A DNA stretch of 64,000 nucleotides from assembly GCA_004431415.1 (NCBI GenBank), contig QPMI01000436.1, forward strand, positions 124,001 through 188,000, given 5' to 3'. This document shows positions 33,790-47,858 of this stretch, one piece after another (within the stretch, counting starts at the first letter, position 1; each line of letters starts with the position of its first letter). The notes beneath the pieces were generated by a model. The model did no database searches, was not told the DNA's origin, and worked only from the letters and a program-made list of their open reading frames with translations. Origin of the DNA: Cyanophora paradoxa CCMP329. Lineage: Eukaryota; Plantae; Glaucophyta. The translations under genes and the position numbers were made by a program.

Positions 33790-36700
33790 TCAGGAGGCGG
33801 CGCCATATTTGAAGAGAGGGGGCCTGTAGGGGGCGGCCACTGCGCGCGCGCATGCGCGAGTCAGCAGCAGGCTTGGAAAATCAAATCTGGACGTCTAAAC
33901 ATAGGAAGAACGCGAGGACGTAGCTATTGGAATTTCGAATTTCAGGAAAGCCCAGGCGACGTCCGCGCACCTCTGCGGAATTAGATTTCCTCTTAGGACA
34001 TCTTAGGACGCGCACCTCTGTCGTAGCTATTGGAAATCTAGGAAATAACAGAGAGACGTCCAGGACATTTAGATCTTATACATTAAGACACCCAGGCGAC
34101 GTCCGCGCATGCACCTCTGCGGGGCGCGGTGTCTCCAGGAACGCCGACGCCGACGTCGACGCCGGCATGCTGCGCGGATCCGGAGGCAGCCGCGGCCACG
34201 CCTGCAGCGGCAGCAGCATGTGCTGCAGCTGAGGTCGGCGCGGCCTCGAGTTCCGAGCTGAAGCTGCCTGCAGCTGTGGCCGGATGTACATTTATATGTG
34301 CCGCTGCAGCTGGCCAGTCGTCGTTGACGAGGCCCGGGGCACCCGCCGCAGTTCCCGATGCGGGCGGGGGCGGCGCCGCCCAGTGGGCAGGCACCGTCCA
34401 GGCCGGGAGGCTCGGCCCCGCGACCGGCGGGGCGGCGCCGGCCGTGGCTGCGGCCGCAGGCATGGGCTTGGGCGCCTTGCCCACGAGGCGCACGGCGATC
34501 GCGTTGCCGCTGCCCGACACCTCGAAGAGGTGCGGGAACCTGCGAAGAGGTGAGACCCGCACATCTATGGTCGACCCGCGCAGAAAAGATCTAGAGGCGA
34601 GGCGATCTAGAGATCTAAAAGCACGCCGGGCAGGGCCGGTGCGCGTACCGCTTGAGGTGCTCAATGAGCTTGGCGCCCGGTCCCATGGCATCCGCAAAGG
34701 TCCTCCCGGCCTGCATCTTGCGAATCAATATATAACAACAAAGCCAAGCGTACGCGGACCCTTCTAACGAACCTTCGCTTTGAAGCCGCCGCCCAGATTG
34801 GTAAGGGCGACCTTTGGGATGCCCTGGCGGTGACACTCGCGCAGTGCCGAGGCGAGGAACACGTTTGCCTCCTTCTCCGAGCATGCCGGCGCTGCTGGCG
34901 CTCCCGACCCCGAGAAGACCGTTGTCGACGACGACGGCTCGGGCCTCGGCTCCCGAGCCGCAGGCGGCATCGATATCGACGTCGACGTCGACGGCGCTTG
35001 CCGCTGCGACGGGGCTGTCCATGTATACGACTTCGCCCCGTCCTTGAGGGAGATGACGCAGGCGCCGCTGGCCACAGCCACCGCTGTGGAGGAGCTGGAG
35101 GACGACACCGAGAAGCTGCGCGGGTTCCTGAAGCAGAACGCCACGATGCTCTGCTGCCCGCTCAGCTCCTTGAAAGTCTTTCCGGTCTGCAGAAAAGCAA
35201 TGCGTTAAACCGATATATATAGATATCGGCAAGGCAGTTAGGAGGCAGTATAATTACCTTCTGCGAAAACAGCGTTCCCAGAGTAGAAGAGTCCGAGGAG
35301 CCCCCGCACCCTTGCAGGAGACTCACGAGGGTCGATGCCAGCTTGTCGAACGGCCTGCACCCATGCCATGCATATGTGTGCCAGTACAAGCACGTCAGCT
35401 CTGGCATCGAGCAAGTACTATCAATATTGATAAAACGTTTTTAACAACGATTACCAGGAGTACACCGCCGCCCCATCGTTCAGCAAAGACACCTGCATGG
35501 CGTTCTCCTGGCCCGTCACGTGGAACAGGCTGGGATACCTGCGCGCGCACACAGGAAATCGCGAGAAATCAGATCTAGGAGACGGGAGCGGAGATGTCGA
35601 CCGCACCGTCGGAAATAGGCGGAGAGCTTGCCGACGCCGAATTCCGAGGGCTCCTTGCCGGTCTGCACATCATCATTGGATTGGCATCATCACGCGGATG
35701 CAGAGCAAGCAAACACATGCGCGCGGTCGGACCTTCTGTCTGAACGCAGAGCCGAGCTTGGTCAACGTCAGGGCTCCATGGCCACTGGCTCCGGCCTCCC
35801 GCAGGATGGAGACGAAAGCTTCGTTCGCTCCGCTCTCGCCCGTCGTCGTCGGCACGTACGCGTATACAGCGGCCGGCGCCTGGGGTGCAGGCACGGCCGC
35901 GTGGATTCCGGTGCCGGTTGCGACTGCTGTCGTCGTGGATGCAGCCGGCGACCCCAGAGCTGCGGACGCGAGGGCGATGACGCAGTTCCCAAGGCAGCCG
36001 GCGCCAGTCACGGAGAAGAGGTGCGGGCGCTCGAGGCAGAAAGCCTCCATGCTGGGCTCGCTGCTGAGTTCCTTGAACTTCTTTCCTACCTGAAGGCACA
36101 TTTTTTAGTGCTAGATTTGTTTGCGGGTCGGATGCTGTTCAAATATTTGTTTACCTTCAGAGCGAACGCCGATCCCAGGGCGGAGGCCAGAGCTGAGCCT
36201 CCGCGCTCTTGAAGGACGCCCACGAGGGTCGAAGCCAGCATATCGGTCGGCCTGCGTAGGATACACATCGATGAGAGAGAATCGTTTGTGAGATGCCAAG
36301 CTTAAGTGAAGGACTGCATTTCACGATGTTACTTCAATTGTCTTTGCTGGAATTCGAATTGTGTTAATATGCTCAAGGACGGCGTACCATGGGTTTGATG
36401 TTGTGGGCATCGATATCGATGCGTGCGCCACACCGCTTCTGCCGGCGACATCATTCCGTAGGGAGACTCGGAAGTCGTTTTCCTGTCCAGACAACAAGAA
36501 TTCATCCGGGTACCTGCGCAAATTATCCAAATTCGAAAACGGTTTATATAATTAGAGTCCGGAAGCAATATATTCGTACTCAGAAAAGTACGTGGACAGT
36601 TTTCCCACGCCGAATTCTGATGGTGCCTTTCCGGTCTGTACGGGTGAAAAATAGTAAGAAATTAAAGCATTTAGCATCCGCGTGGGCCAGAGTAATTTTA

Positions 36701-38945
36701 TAAGAGGGTGTATATATAGATAGATTCGTGGCCGTGGACATGCACATGGGGCAGACCATGTATCTGAACGCGGATCCGAGTTCGGACGTCGAGAGGGAGC
36801 CGCCTGCGTTGCGGAGCGCGGCGGCGAAGATCTCATTGACGTTCACCCCGCCAGCTGCAGGCGCAGGCGCGTGGGTCATCTGCATGGGATTCGCCAGGCA
36901 CTCCGCCTCGAGCTGCGCGCGGAGGTGGGCGAGCTCCTCCGGCGAGTTCGTCTCGTGGTTGAACCTGCAAAATTTGTTCGAAACTTTCGAGTAATCAAAT
37001 AACGAAGGCTTCACCAGCACTCGGGGTGCGATCTCGGGCACGAGTGCTCTGTCCAGAACTTCGTGCAGGCGAATCCCTTCAACTTTCGCTTGTCTGCACG
37101 TCACGAATTCGCGGAACGAGTTACGCTTCGTTTTATACGTAAATTAGATGCTCTACACACCGTGGATTTTCGTGCGCATGCATTCCATGTCGTTGCACGG
37201 CAGTTTGCCAACGACCTGCGGACGAAGTTCCACTTCAGCCAGCTCATGTTATCTCCGTTCGATTGGGCGCACCGAACGATAGCAGATAGCTACAGAAGAT
37301 ATGCCGTTGGGATCATGATCAGCAGCTGCGTTGAAGTGGAAGGCTGTGTTCGTTGCCGGAGGTGCGGTGGCAGCCGCCACGGGGTTCGCCGGCACGGTCA
37401 GTAGTGGGGGCGCCGGCGACGCTGAATTCGAATTCACCCATCCGTTAGCGTCTGCGGTACCGGTGGTGTTCGAATATGCCAGGTCGGCGTCGAATTCAAC
37501 GTCAAGATCGACGGCGGGTGGCCACGATGCAGCACTGCTTGCGACGGCGGGTGGCCAGGAGGTCGCGGCGGCCTCCGGCGCCTCGAGCTCGGATGAGAAA
37601 CCGTTTGCGAAGGCGACGGCGGATATCGATGGCCAAGAGGTCGTGGTAGTCGCAGGAGCAGGGATCGCCGCTGGGACAGGAGCGGCTGGCGCCATGGCCA
37701 CCGGTACCGCGTTGGCGACGTCGACCGGTGCATGTAGGAATGGGCAGGGGACGGGCGCGTCGAGTTCCATGTTGACGAAGTCGTCTGCTGCGCGGACGGC
37801 GGCGAGGGCGATCTTGTACACTGTCCGGTCGATCTGGAATGACTTGTCCTGTCCGGCGAGTTCAAACATTAGCTTAAGATAATATATTTTATTGCCAGCT
37901 GCAGCGTGCGCACCATTGTGTCGCAGTAGTTCTCGAGGGTGAAGACGTTGGCCTCGCTGATGGCGAGCAGGGCGCAGAGCTTCTGGCGGTACTCGGCGAG
38001 CACCTCCGCGTCGCCCCCGAGCCGGTCCACCTGCGAGATCGCCACCACCGCCTTCCGCTCTGCCCCGCGCCCCGCCCCCCTCAGCCACCGCCGCCGCCGC
38101 CGCCGCGGGCCGCGCACTGAGGGCGAGGGTGGCGGCGCGGAAGAGGGCGGCGAAGCGGTCGAGGGTCTCCGAGCGCAGGTCGAGCTCCGAGTACGACACG
38201 ATGAACACCACCGCGTGGATCTGCCGCGACGCAAAGTTTACCGGTGCAAAGCTCACGGAAACTGCTTCCCCGCGCACCTTGCGCGAGGGATCCGCCTGCA
38301 GTCGCTCCCCGCGCGCCTCCAGCGCCGCCCGCAGCCCCTCTGCAGTCACGCACTCCTGCATGGCCCGGCGGCCCGCCGCGTCAGATGGACCCAAAGCCCC
38401 CGAGCACGACCGCAGACCTCCATGGGCCACTGGAGGGGCAGGGCGCCGTGCAGCATGAGCGCCATCTCCTCCCCGCGGTAGTTCGCCCTGCGCCGCGTCA
38501 GGTCCGGCCCACGCTGCCGCAAGCTGCGCCGCCCGCACCCGTCGATGCCCCAGCTGTCGAAGATGGCAACAGGAAGATCTGCCAATCCTCCGCGTCTGCT
38601 CGCTCACCGTCATGACAAATCGTTAGCGAAAAGACGGGTGCGGGCGGACGCCCACACCGGTTGAGACGAAAGCGAACGAATTCGTTCGTGACGTGCTCCG
38701 TGTGGCCCCCCGCGACCGCCGGCGCCGCCACCCGCTCGCTCAGGCACGACACCAGCGAGTTGAAGAACGAGCTCTGCGCCGCCCGTCAACAGCTGCGGCT
38801 GGCCCGGCCATGACGCGGGCACGCGCGCCTTGCCGCTGCCGTGGGGTCCGCAGAGGAGGATGTGGGCCCCGCCCGCCGCGGCCGCCGCCGGCGCCGCGTC
38901 GAAAATGTCGCCCGCAAAGTCCTCTGCCGAGCGGCGCTTCAGACA

Positions 38946-38978
<33 letters not shown>

Positions 38979-40363
38979 GCGGGCGGCGCGCACGGAACTC
39001 AAGGATGAACGCGTCCTCCAGCGTCGGGATGGGCGCGTCCCGCTCGTCCCGCAGGCTGCCGGCGCGCGTCAAGCGGCACCGTGGCGGGCGTGGGGCGGGG
39101 GCGGGCACCTGAACTCGATGTGCTCGGGCAGGGCGTCGAGGGCGGCGTGCAGGGCACCCGCCGAGCCCTTCGCCTGCGCCGGCAGCGCCGCCCGCACCGT
39201 CGCCTCCGCCAGCGGCGCCACGCCCGCCGGCAGCGCCGCCGTGTGCCGCCCGAAGTACGCCCCGCCAGGGAAGACGAGCCGCGCGCCCGCCGGGATGGGC
39301 GCCCGCCCTCGTTCCGCACCGTCAGCTCCAGCTGCAGGTCCTCGCCGAGCCGCAGCCGCCCCCGCCCGCCGAGCAGCAGCCGCGCGCTCACCGCCGCCAG
39401 CCGCTCCGGCGTCGCTCCCGCCGCCCCGCCCCGAACGACCCCTCCGCCACCCGCCGCAGCTCGCCCGCCGCGAAGACCCGCCCCGCCGTCGCCACCTCCC
39501 GCAGCCGGCCCGCACCCGCCCCCGCCCGCAGCGTCACCGCTGTGACCGTCGCGCCGCTCTGGCCCCGCCGCCTCAGCCCACAGCGAAACAAACGAGAGAG
39601 CCGCGCGCACCTCGCGCCGCAGGCGCTCCGCTGCAGCCGCCGCCGCGTCCTCGCCGCCCGCCGCCGCGCCCCAGTCCGCCGAGGTCAGGACCCACACGTG
39701 CCGCTGCGCCTCCGCGGCCGACTGCGAAGCGAAGTGCTCCCCGCACGCCTCCAGCGCCGCCGACAGCCCCGAGCCGGACCCGCCGTCGCCAGCGCCGGCA
39801 CCGCCAGCTACAGGCTCTGCCGATACGCCCTCAGCGCTGGAAGCGCACCGCGCGCACAAGAGCCGTGCAGAGCGCACCCTCGTGCCGCCCGAGCGCCTCC
39901 TCGACGCCCTCCCGCGACGCGGTCAGCGGGCAAAGCAGCTCCGCGCCGCCGCGCCTGCAGCGGACGACGCCAATCCGGCAAGGCGCGCTGCGGCCGCGAT
40001 CTTTGACGCTGCCGAGCGCCGCAGCGAGCACCTCCCTCGCCGCGCTTCGCTGCAGCTGCCAGGCCGGGCCCCCGTTGGCGTCGCTGACATGTAGCGCGGC
40101 CGTGGCGCCTTCTGCGCTTCGGATCCCGTCCGCGCCGCTTCCGTCCGCGCCACCGCCATGCAGGACCTGCGCGCATGCGCGCGCGCGGGCGTCGGAGTCA
40201 GCGGTCCGGTCATGTCATGACCAGGTCCGAATTCGAAGACCGCGCGCGCGCGCGAGCGAGAGGGAAACATGAATGGGCGCACGATGATGACGTCCCGCGC
40301 TGGCTGATGGAGCGCCGCCGGTCTCCCGCGCAGGTGCCGCGCCGGCGCCTCGAGCTCCCGCAT
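33790..40363 (-). CDS. Paralog B: vWA-like + Ig/FW-like + IFI44-like GTPase + tandem CCCH + 5 LOTUS/OST-HTH-like domains
   Basis: MRELEAPARHLRGRPAALHQPARDVII|...; HILLCGPHGSGK|SSFFNSL...LPVAIFDSWG...IHAVVFIV...SQVD...LENY...AADDF; ICYRS|VVGKLPCNDMECARKIH|DKRKLKGFACTKFWTEHSCPRSHPECW|FNH; repeats such as LASTLVGVLQERGGSALASALGSAFALK|VGKKFKELSSEPSMEAFCLERPHLFSV. The last exon VAAPYRPPLFKYGAAS* is homologous to that of paralog D. A few G-run frameshifts. Confidence 0.85.
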
Positions 40364-40721
40364 CGGTTTCGACCGAGGTTTCGACCGAAGTTGTCAGCCG
40401 ACGTCGTACCCCCCGTGTGGTTAGCGAAATCATGAAACATAAAACATGAATCATAATGAAACAGCGAAACAGCAATTGGATCCGGGCTTTGCGCGCGAGC
40501 TAGCGCTCGTATCGACATCGACGATTAATATTAATCGGCTCAAACCCGAAACAAAGAACCAGAACACTGATCGCGAGCCCCAAAGCTAGAATATTAATCC
40601 ACATAAAGAAGCTCAACGCGAGCCGGCGCCGCATATCCTAAGGCGGCCTGCCCGGGGTTTGAGATAGCCTAATTACATATCAGGCTAGCTAGTTATATGT
40701 ATTGGGCACAGCGCTAGCCTC

Positions 40722-43700
40722 TTAGGCTCTCTCTCCGGCGCGCCAGCGGTCGATGGCGGTCTTGAGGGAGCGGTTGGGGACGACGTCGCGCCCCACCACC
40801 TGCGGATCCGGAGGCCGTCAGCTGCAGGCCGGCCCCCAAAAACAAATTTGCCCGGATGGGTCGGATAGGTGGGCCGCCCCCGGCGGGCCGGGGCCCGCGG
40901 CCGCAAACAAAGATATTATTCCTTAAACATCTAGAGTTTGGGCGATTTCAAATGGAATGCATCTTTGGATTGAAGGTTGAAGGGCGCCTGCATGAGAGAA
41001 AGAGACTCTTCGGCCCGCACCTGCTCGCCGGTGAGGGGGCTCTTCCCGTGCCACGCGAGCCAGTTGTCCACGGCGCCCCGCTGCGCCCGGCGGTAGGCTC
41101 AAATTCAAAGGGGCGGGGCTCGCGATCGGGGGCGGGGGCGGGGCCCGGGGCGGAAATGCTGGATCCGGAAATCTTCTCACCTCGTAGCTGTGGCCCGTGC
41201 CGTCCGCGATCATCACCGGGTCTGCACGCACGTTAATAGAAGGCTCCGATTCGAAGGCTCGTTAATAGAATTTTAACTAGATTCATAAAGGGGCTCAGGT
41301 TCAGTTTGGGCGCACCGACCATGACCTCGTGGGTGATGGGGCACAGGAACTCGGGCGGGGGCGGTCCGCTGGGGCGCGCCGCGAAGGGCGCCGGCAGGGG
41401 CGCCGGCGCGGCCGCCGGCGGCGGCACGAGGGGCGGGGGCGGGGCGGGGGCGGAGCTGCCCAGTCTGCTGCCGGCGGGCTCGGCCTCTGGACATGCGCCG
41501 GGCGGGCGGCGGCGGCGGCGGCGGCGGCGCCGGATCGAGAGGGCGCGGCCTTGGGCTTGGGCACCGGTTGGGCCGGGGCCGGGGCCGGGGCCGCGGCAGG
41601 CTTCGATCTGGCCTTCGGGGCTGCGGGCGCTGCCGGCACCGCCGCTGGAACCGCCCGCGGCGCGGCCGCCCGCCCGGCGAGGCGCACGGTCGCCTTGTCT
41701 CCGCTGCCCGACACCTCAAAGAGATCCGGGAATCTGATGGGGAGGTTACAATAGACTCAATAACAACAAGCGTATAATAACTTGGATAGGGTAATCATAT
41801 AATAATAAAGCTATAAGCGTTTCCAGGAGGGGTGAGGCCTCTCGGCGCCACGGTACTCTATTGGCAGGACACGGGCCCCCCCACTGCCCGAGGGATGGTC
41901 GGGGGCCTGATGGTCTTATAACAATGATAGCGACAGCAAAGTCGAATAATAAGAGGTCCGGGAATGTGATCACGACGAGACGTGAGCGGTTTTCCCATCA
42001 AAAACTCGAGTATTTAGAGACGACCCGCACAGAAGCTTTAGGGTGGCGAGCAACCCGCATAAGAACCTCGCCGAGCGGGGTCGTGTGCGTACCGCTTCAG
42101 GAACTCAATAAGCTTGGCGCCCGGTCCCGCGGACTCCGAAAACGACTGTCCCGCCTGCGCTCGCATTTCATTGCCAGAGAAGGTTTCGGGCCACGCATTT
42201 CATAGTAAGATCAGGTTTCGGGCGAGAGGAGTACTAGTGTCCGCAGTTTTAAAAAGAAAGAGAAAGCGCGCCTTCGCCTTGAAGCCGTCGACCAGGGTGG
42301 TGAGGGCGACCGACGGGAGGCCCCGGCGGTGCCAGTCGCTCAGCACATGCACGAGGAATGCCTTCGTCATGACATCCGATCCCGCGGCCGGGGCTGCGGC
42401 TGCAGGCCCCGCCTGCAACTCCACGTGCACTGGCCTCGCGGCCGCCGGGCGGGGCGACAGCATTGAGGACGCGGACGTCGCAGCAGACTCTGCCGTCGGC
42501 GCCGTTCGCGCTCGCTCCGCTGCCGCCCGCGCTGGCGCCGGCACCGGTGCCGCTGCGCGGGGTGGCTCCAACTCGACCGGTCCCGCCAGCCGCGGCGACA
42601 GCACCGACGACAAAGCTGCGGGAGGTACATACGCCGCCGGCGCCGTACGCGTGCGAGGTGGTTCCGCTGCCGCCAGCTGCAGCGCTGGCACCGCTGTGCG
42701 CGATGGCGCCGCTGCCGCCGCCCCGCGCGGCGCAGCCGAGCCCACGAGGGAGACGACGCAGGCGCCGCCGGCGGCGCCCACGCTGGCGACGGCGAAGCGC
42801 TCGGGGTGCGCCAGGCAGAAGGACAGGATGCTCGGCTGCCGGTCGCTGCTGAGCTCCTTGAACGGCTTGCCCGCCTGCGAGAATGGTAGCACCTCAGTCA
42901 TAAACAGGGCGCATTGAATTCGAGTAAATTCCAACAGACGATTCCAGCGACCTTTTTCGAAAATTCCTTGCCTAGAGAGGAAACGTCAAGCGAGCCCGCG
43001 GACTCCTGCAGGATGCTGGCAAGGGTCGCCGCCAGCGTGCTGGCCGGCCTGCAGGGCAAACGCTTAGCCGGCGGGACGTTTGATTGCAGTAGGGCGGGCA
43101 GCGGCTGTAGCTTCGTATACGTATACGTATATACTTATGCACCATGGGCTCGACGAAGCCGACGGCGGCTTCGAGGCCTGGGCATGCGCAGGAGCCGTCG
43201 GCAGCTGCAGCCCAGGGACGAGCTGTGCGACGGAGCTCGACAGAGCCGACGGAGCGTGCGCTGGAGCTCGAGCCGCATTGACGAGGCAGAACGTCTGCGG
43301 CCCGGGCGCCCCGGTGCCGGCGACGCGGAAGAGGTCGGGGCGGCGCTGGCAGAACTGCGCCATGCTCGGCTGTGCGCTCACTTCCTTGAACTTCTTCCCC
43401 GCCTGGGCTCGAGATGGGTTAGAGAAGCGCTCGCAAGCGATCAACAGCGTTAATATTGCATACCGCCACGGCGAATGCAGGGCCTAACGAGCCGCCGTTG
43501 AGAGAGCCCCCCGCGCTCTCCAGAACCTTTACCAACGTGGAAGCGATCTGTTCTTCCGACCTGAGAAGCCGAAGAGATGAGGGAGGAAGCGGAAGATCTG
43601 ATCATGAGGTTCTGTACCAAAATGAATGGAGGTGTACAGACGGTGATGCAGCCTTCGACTTCGCTGGAGGGGCTACGAACTGCTGCGGCGGCGCAGACAC

Positions 43701-45264
43701 GGACGGAGACACAGCTCCACCGCTCCGCAGGGACACTCGAATGTCGTTCTCGCGTCCCGTCACCTCGAAGAGATCGGCGTGCCTGCACGATCGAAAGTTT
43801 AATGCATCACGATCACGCCCAGAACAGGAGCGGGGGAAGGCGGAAAAGCTCACCGGCGGAAGTGGGACGAGAGCTGCGCGACGCCCAGCTCCGACGGACT
43901 CTTGCCGGTCTGAGGAATTCGTATTCGATGTCAACGTGAGCGGCAAATGAAGAAGGATATTCCGGCGATCGGCGCGACCTTCTTCCTGAATAGGATGCCG
44001 AGTTCCGTCGTTGACAGAGCCGCGCCGGCCTCGCGCAGCACAGCCGCAAAGATTTCATTCACGTCGCCGGCGCCGCCGACACCTGCGGTTGCTGGCGCGG
44101 GGAGCAGGCCGGGAGCTGCTGACGTAACCGTTTTTGCCGCAGCGGCTGGTGATCGCGCAGCGGTTGGCTTCTGTGCGAAGGATGCTGCGGGGGCGGCAGC
44201 TGCCGCAGCCACAGCTGGAGCGGCGGGAGGAGCCGCCAGGCACTCCGCCTCGAGCCGCTGGCGGAGGCGGGCGAGCTCTTCCGGCACGTTTGTCTTGTGG
44301 TTGAACCTGCAAAAATCGAATGAGAAGGAGACATCGTATTAAATTATAAGTGTCGATGTAAACTTCAGGCAAGATCGAAATTAGTTAAACCCTTACCAGC
44401 ACTCTTTGCCCGACCGCCCGCACTTTCCGGTCTCCCAGAACTTGGTGCAAGCGAGGCCTTTCAGCAGGCGCTTGTCTGCAGGCTCCGAATTAATCAGATC
44501 TGGACGCGAGCGGCGTCAAAGAATTCCAATACGAATATGTACCGTGCAGTTTCGGGCACTTAGAGTCTCTGCACCCGCTGTACATGGGACTGATCTGCGG
44601 GCGAAGCTTCAGCCAGGCTGCATGGGTCAGCCCTTATAGGGCCGCGTACCGCAAACACGCAGAAGTCTCCGAGCTTCAAGGGGACATCTGGAGGCTTGCC
44701 GTTCCCTTGTGCAGCAGACTTGGATGGCGGGGCGGGCTTTGCGGCGGGGGGGCCGGGAGTAGCAAAAGTTGCGAGAGCGGGGGATGGCGCGACCGCCGGG
44801 ACCGGTGCGGCGGCTCGAGCAGGGGCCGGCGGCGTGGCTGGCGTGGCCGGAACGGGCCGGCGCGGAGCAGATGGACGAGGAGTTGCCGCGGGCGGCGCGA
44901 GCGGAAATGGGCATGGGACGGGCCCGTTGGCCTCCATGCAGAGGAAGTCGTTGGCGGCGCGGACGGCGGCGAGGGCGATCCGGTACACCGCCCGGTCGAT
45001 CCCAAACGACTTGTCCTGCGCCCGGCCCGTCACATCGGGATCGGCCGCAGCGCTACAGGCGGGGCCGAGGCCGCGGGCGAGGGCGGGGGCGGGCCTTGGT
45101 GTCGCAGTAGTTCTCGAGGGTGAAGACGTTGGCCTCGCTGATGGCGAGCAGGGCGCAGAGCTTCTGGCGGTACTCGGCGAGCACCTCCACGTCGCCCCCG
45201 AGCCGGTCCACCTGCGAGATCGCCACCACCGCCTTCCGCTCTGCCCCGCGCCCCGCCCGCCTCA

Positions 45265-45299
<35 letters not shown>

Positions 45300-46139
45300 G
45301 GGCGGCGCACTGAGGGCGAGGGTGGCGGCGCGGAAGAGGGCGGCGAAGCGGTCGAGGGTCTCCGAGCGCAGGTCGAGCTCCGAGTACGACACGATGAACA
45401 CCACCGCGTGGATCTGCCGCGGGGCGAAGTTCGCCGGTGCAAAGCTCACGCTGACTTCCGCCCCGCGCACCTTGCGGGAGGGGTCCGCCTGCAGCCGCTG
45501 CCCGCGCGCCTCCAGCGCCGCCCGCAGCCCCTCCGCCGTCACGCACTCCTGCCCGCCGCGTCAGATGGATCCAAAAAACCCGAGCACAACCGCGGACCTC
45601 CATGGGCCACTGGAGGGGCAGGGCGCCGTGCAGCATGAGCGCCATCTCCTCCCCGCGGTAGTTCGCCCTGCGCCGCGTCAGGCCCGGCCCGCGCCGCCAC
45701 TCGCCGCGCCGCCCGCACCCGTCGATGCCCCAGCTGTCGAAGATGCCCACGGGCAGGTCTGCCAGCCCCTCGTGCCTGCCGGCCGGCCGTCGGGCGGTGC
45801 CGGCCTCTGCCGCCAGCGAACGAGCCGGGCACGCGCACCGGTCGAGGCGGAAGCGGAAGAACTCATTTGTGACGTGCTCCGTGTGGCCCCCCGCGACCGC
45901 CGGCGCCGCCACCCGCTCGCTCAGGCACGACACCAGCGAGTTGAAGAACGAGCTCTGCGCCGCCGGTCAGCGGCTGGCCCGGCCATGACGCGGGCACACG
46001 CGCCTTGCCGCTGCCGTGGGGTCCGCAGAGGAGGATGTGGGCCCCGCCCGCCGCGGCCGCCGCCGGCGCCGCGTCGAAAATGTCGCCCGCAAAGTCCTCT
46101 GCCGAGCATCCGCTTCAGACAGCGGCGGCGGCGGCGGTG

Positions 46140-46179
<40 letters not shown>

Positions 46180-47524
46180 GCGGCGCGCACGGAACTCGAG
46201 GACGAACGCGTCCTCCAGCGTCGGGATCGGCGCGTCCCGCTCGTCCCGCAGGCTGCCGACGCGCGTCGGGCGGCGCCGGGGCGGGCGTGGGGCGGGGCCG
46301 GCACCTGAACTCGATGTGCTCGGGCAGGGCGTCAAGGGCGGCGTGCAGGGCGCCCGCCGAGCCCTTCGCCTGCGCCGGTAGCGCCGCCCGCACCGTCGCC
46401 TCCGCTAGAGACGCCACCCCCGCCGGCAGCGCCGCCGTGTGCCGCCCGAAGTACGCCCCGCCAGGGAAGACGAGCCGCGCGCCCGCCGGGATGGGCGCCC
46501 GCCCCTCGTTCCGCACCGTCAGCTCCAGCTGCAGGTCCTCGCCGAGCCGCAGCCGCCCCCGCCCGCCGAGCAGCAGCCGCGCGCTCACCGCCGCCAGCCG
46601 CTCCGGCGTCGCTCCCGCCGCCCCCGCCCCGAACGACCCTCCGCCACCCGCCGCAGCTCGCCCGCCGCGAAGACCCGCCCCGCCGTCGCCACCTCCCGCA
46701 GCCGGCCCGCACCCGCCCCCGCCCGCAGCGCCACCGCCGTGACCGTCGCGCCGCTCTGGCCCGCCGCCTCAGCCCGCAGCGCAACGAACGAGGCGGCGAG
46801 GCGCACCTCGCGCCGCAGGCGCTCCGCTGCTGCTGCTGCCGCGTCCTCGCCGCCCGCCGCCGCGCCCCAGTCCGCCGAAGTCAGGACCCACACGTGCCGT
46901 TGCGCCTCCGCGGCCGACTGCGAAGCGAAGTGCTCCCCGCACGCCTCCAGCGCCGCCGACAATTCCGAGCCGGACCCGCTGTAGCCAGCGCCAGCGCCGC
47001 TAGCTACAGGCTCTGCCGCGACGCCCTCAGCGCTAGAAGCGCACCGCGCGCACGAGAGCCGTGCAGAGCGCACCTTCGTGCTGCCTAAGCGCCTCCTCGA
47101 CGCCCTCCCGCGACGCGGTCAGCGGGCAGAGCAGCTCCGCGCCGCCGCGCCTGCAGCGGACGACGCCGATCCGGCAAGGCGTGCTGCGGCCACGATCCCC
47201 GACGCTTCCTAGCGCCGCAGCGAGCACCTCCCGTGCCGCGCTTCGCTTCCAGGCCGCCCCGCTGTCTACATGGTTGGCCGCGGCGTGAGCGCCTTCCGCT
47301 TTCCCGTCCCGAGCGAGCGAGCTACTTCCACACACGTCATCGCCGTGTAGTACCTGAGCCCGCGCGCGTGCATTCGCGTCAGCGAACGACGCTCGTGTGC
47401 CGCGGTGCATTCCGGTCAAAAGCCGGAACGCGAAGGGGAGCGCGCGCACGATGATGACGTCCCGTGCGGGTTGCAGCAGCGCCGCCGGCCTCCCACGCAG
47501 GTGCCGCGCCTCCGGATCCCGCAT
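40722..47524 (-). CDS. Paralog C: vWA-like + Ig/FW-like + IFI44-like GTPase + tandem CCCH + 4 LOTUS-like domains + C-terminal U-box
   Basis: Same N-terminal core; FCVFA|ISPMYSGCRDSKCPKLH|DKRLLKGLACTKFWETGKCGRSGKECW|FNH; four LOTUS-like units; U-box PPPEFLCPITHEVMV|DPVMIADGTGHSYE|RGAVDNWLAWHGKSPLTGEQ|VVGRDVVPNRSLKTAIDRWRAGERA*. Confidence 0.88.
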
Positions 47525-47858
47525 TGATATCCGGCCGCGAGAGCTCGACCGCTTCCGACGACAGCGTACCCCTGGGCCGGCTGAGCGGCGGCGGCGGCGC
47601 GATGCCCGCAACTCCGCTATAGCTATTAACGCTGATCATGGCCTACGGGCACACCGAGCGCCTTCCATGACAGCTGGGTTCGATCGCGAGATCTAGAGCG
47701 CCAGCTGCAGCTCAGCGGCTAGTACTAGTTCTCGCTCGCCTACATTGCTACAAGGCTAGCTACAGCTCCCTGAGCGATGAAGAACTCAATCGATCACACG
47801 CGCGTCGCTGGAAGAACAAATCGAGGGTGTCGAATAACTAGGATCAAATCGAGGCGGG

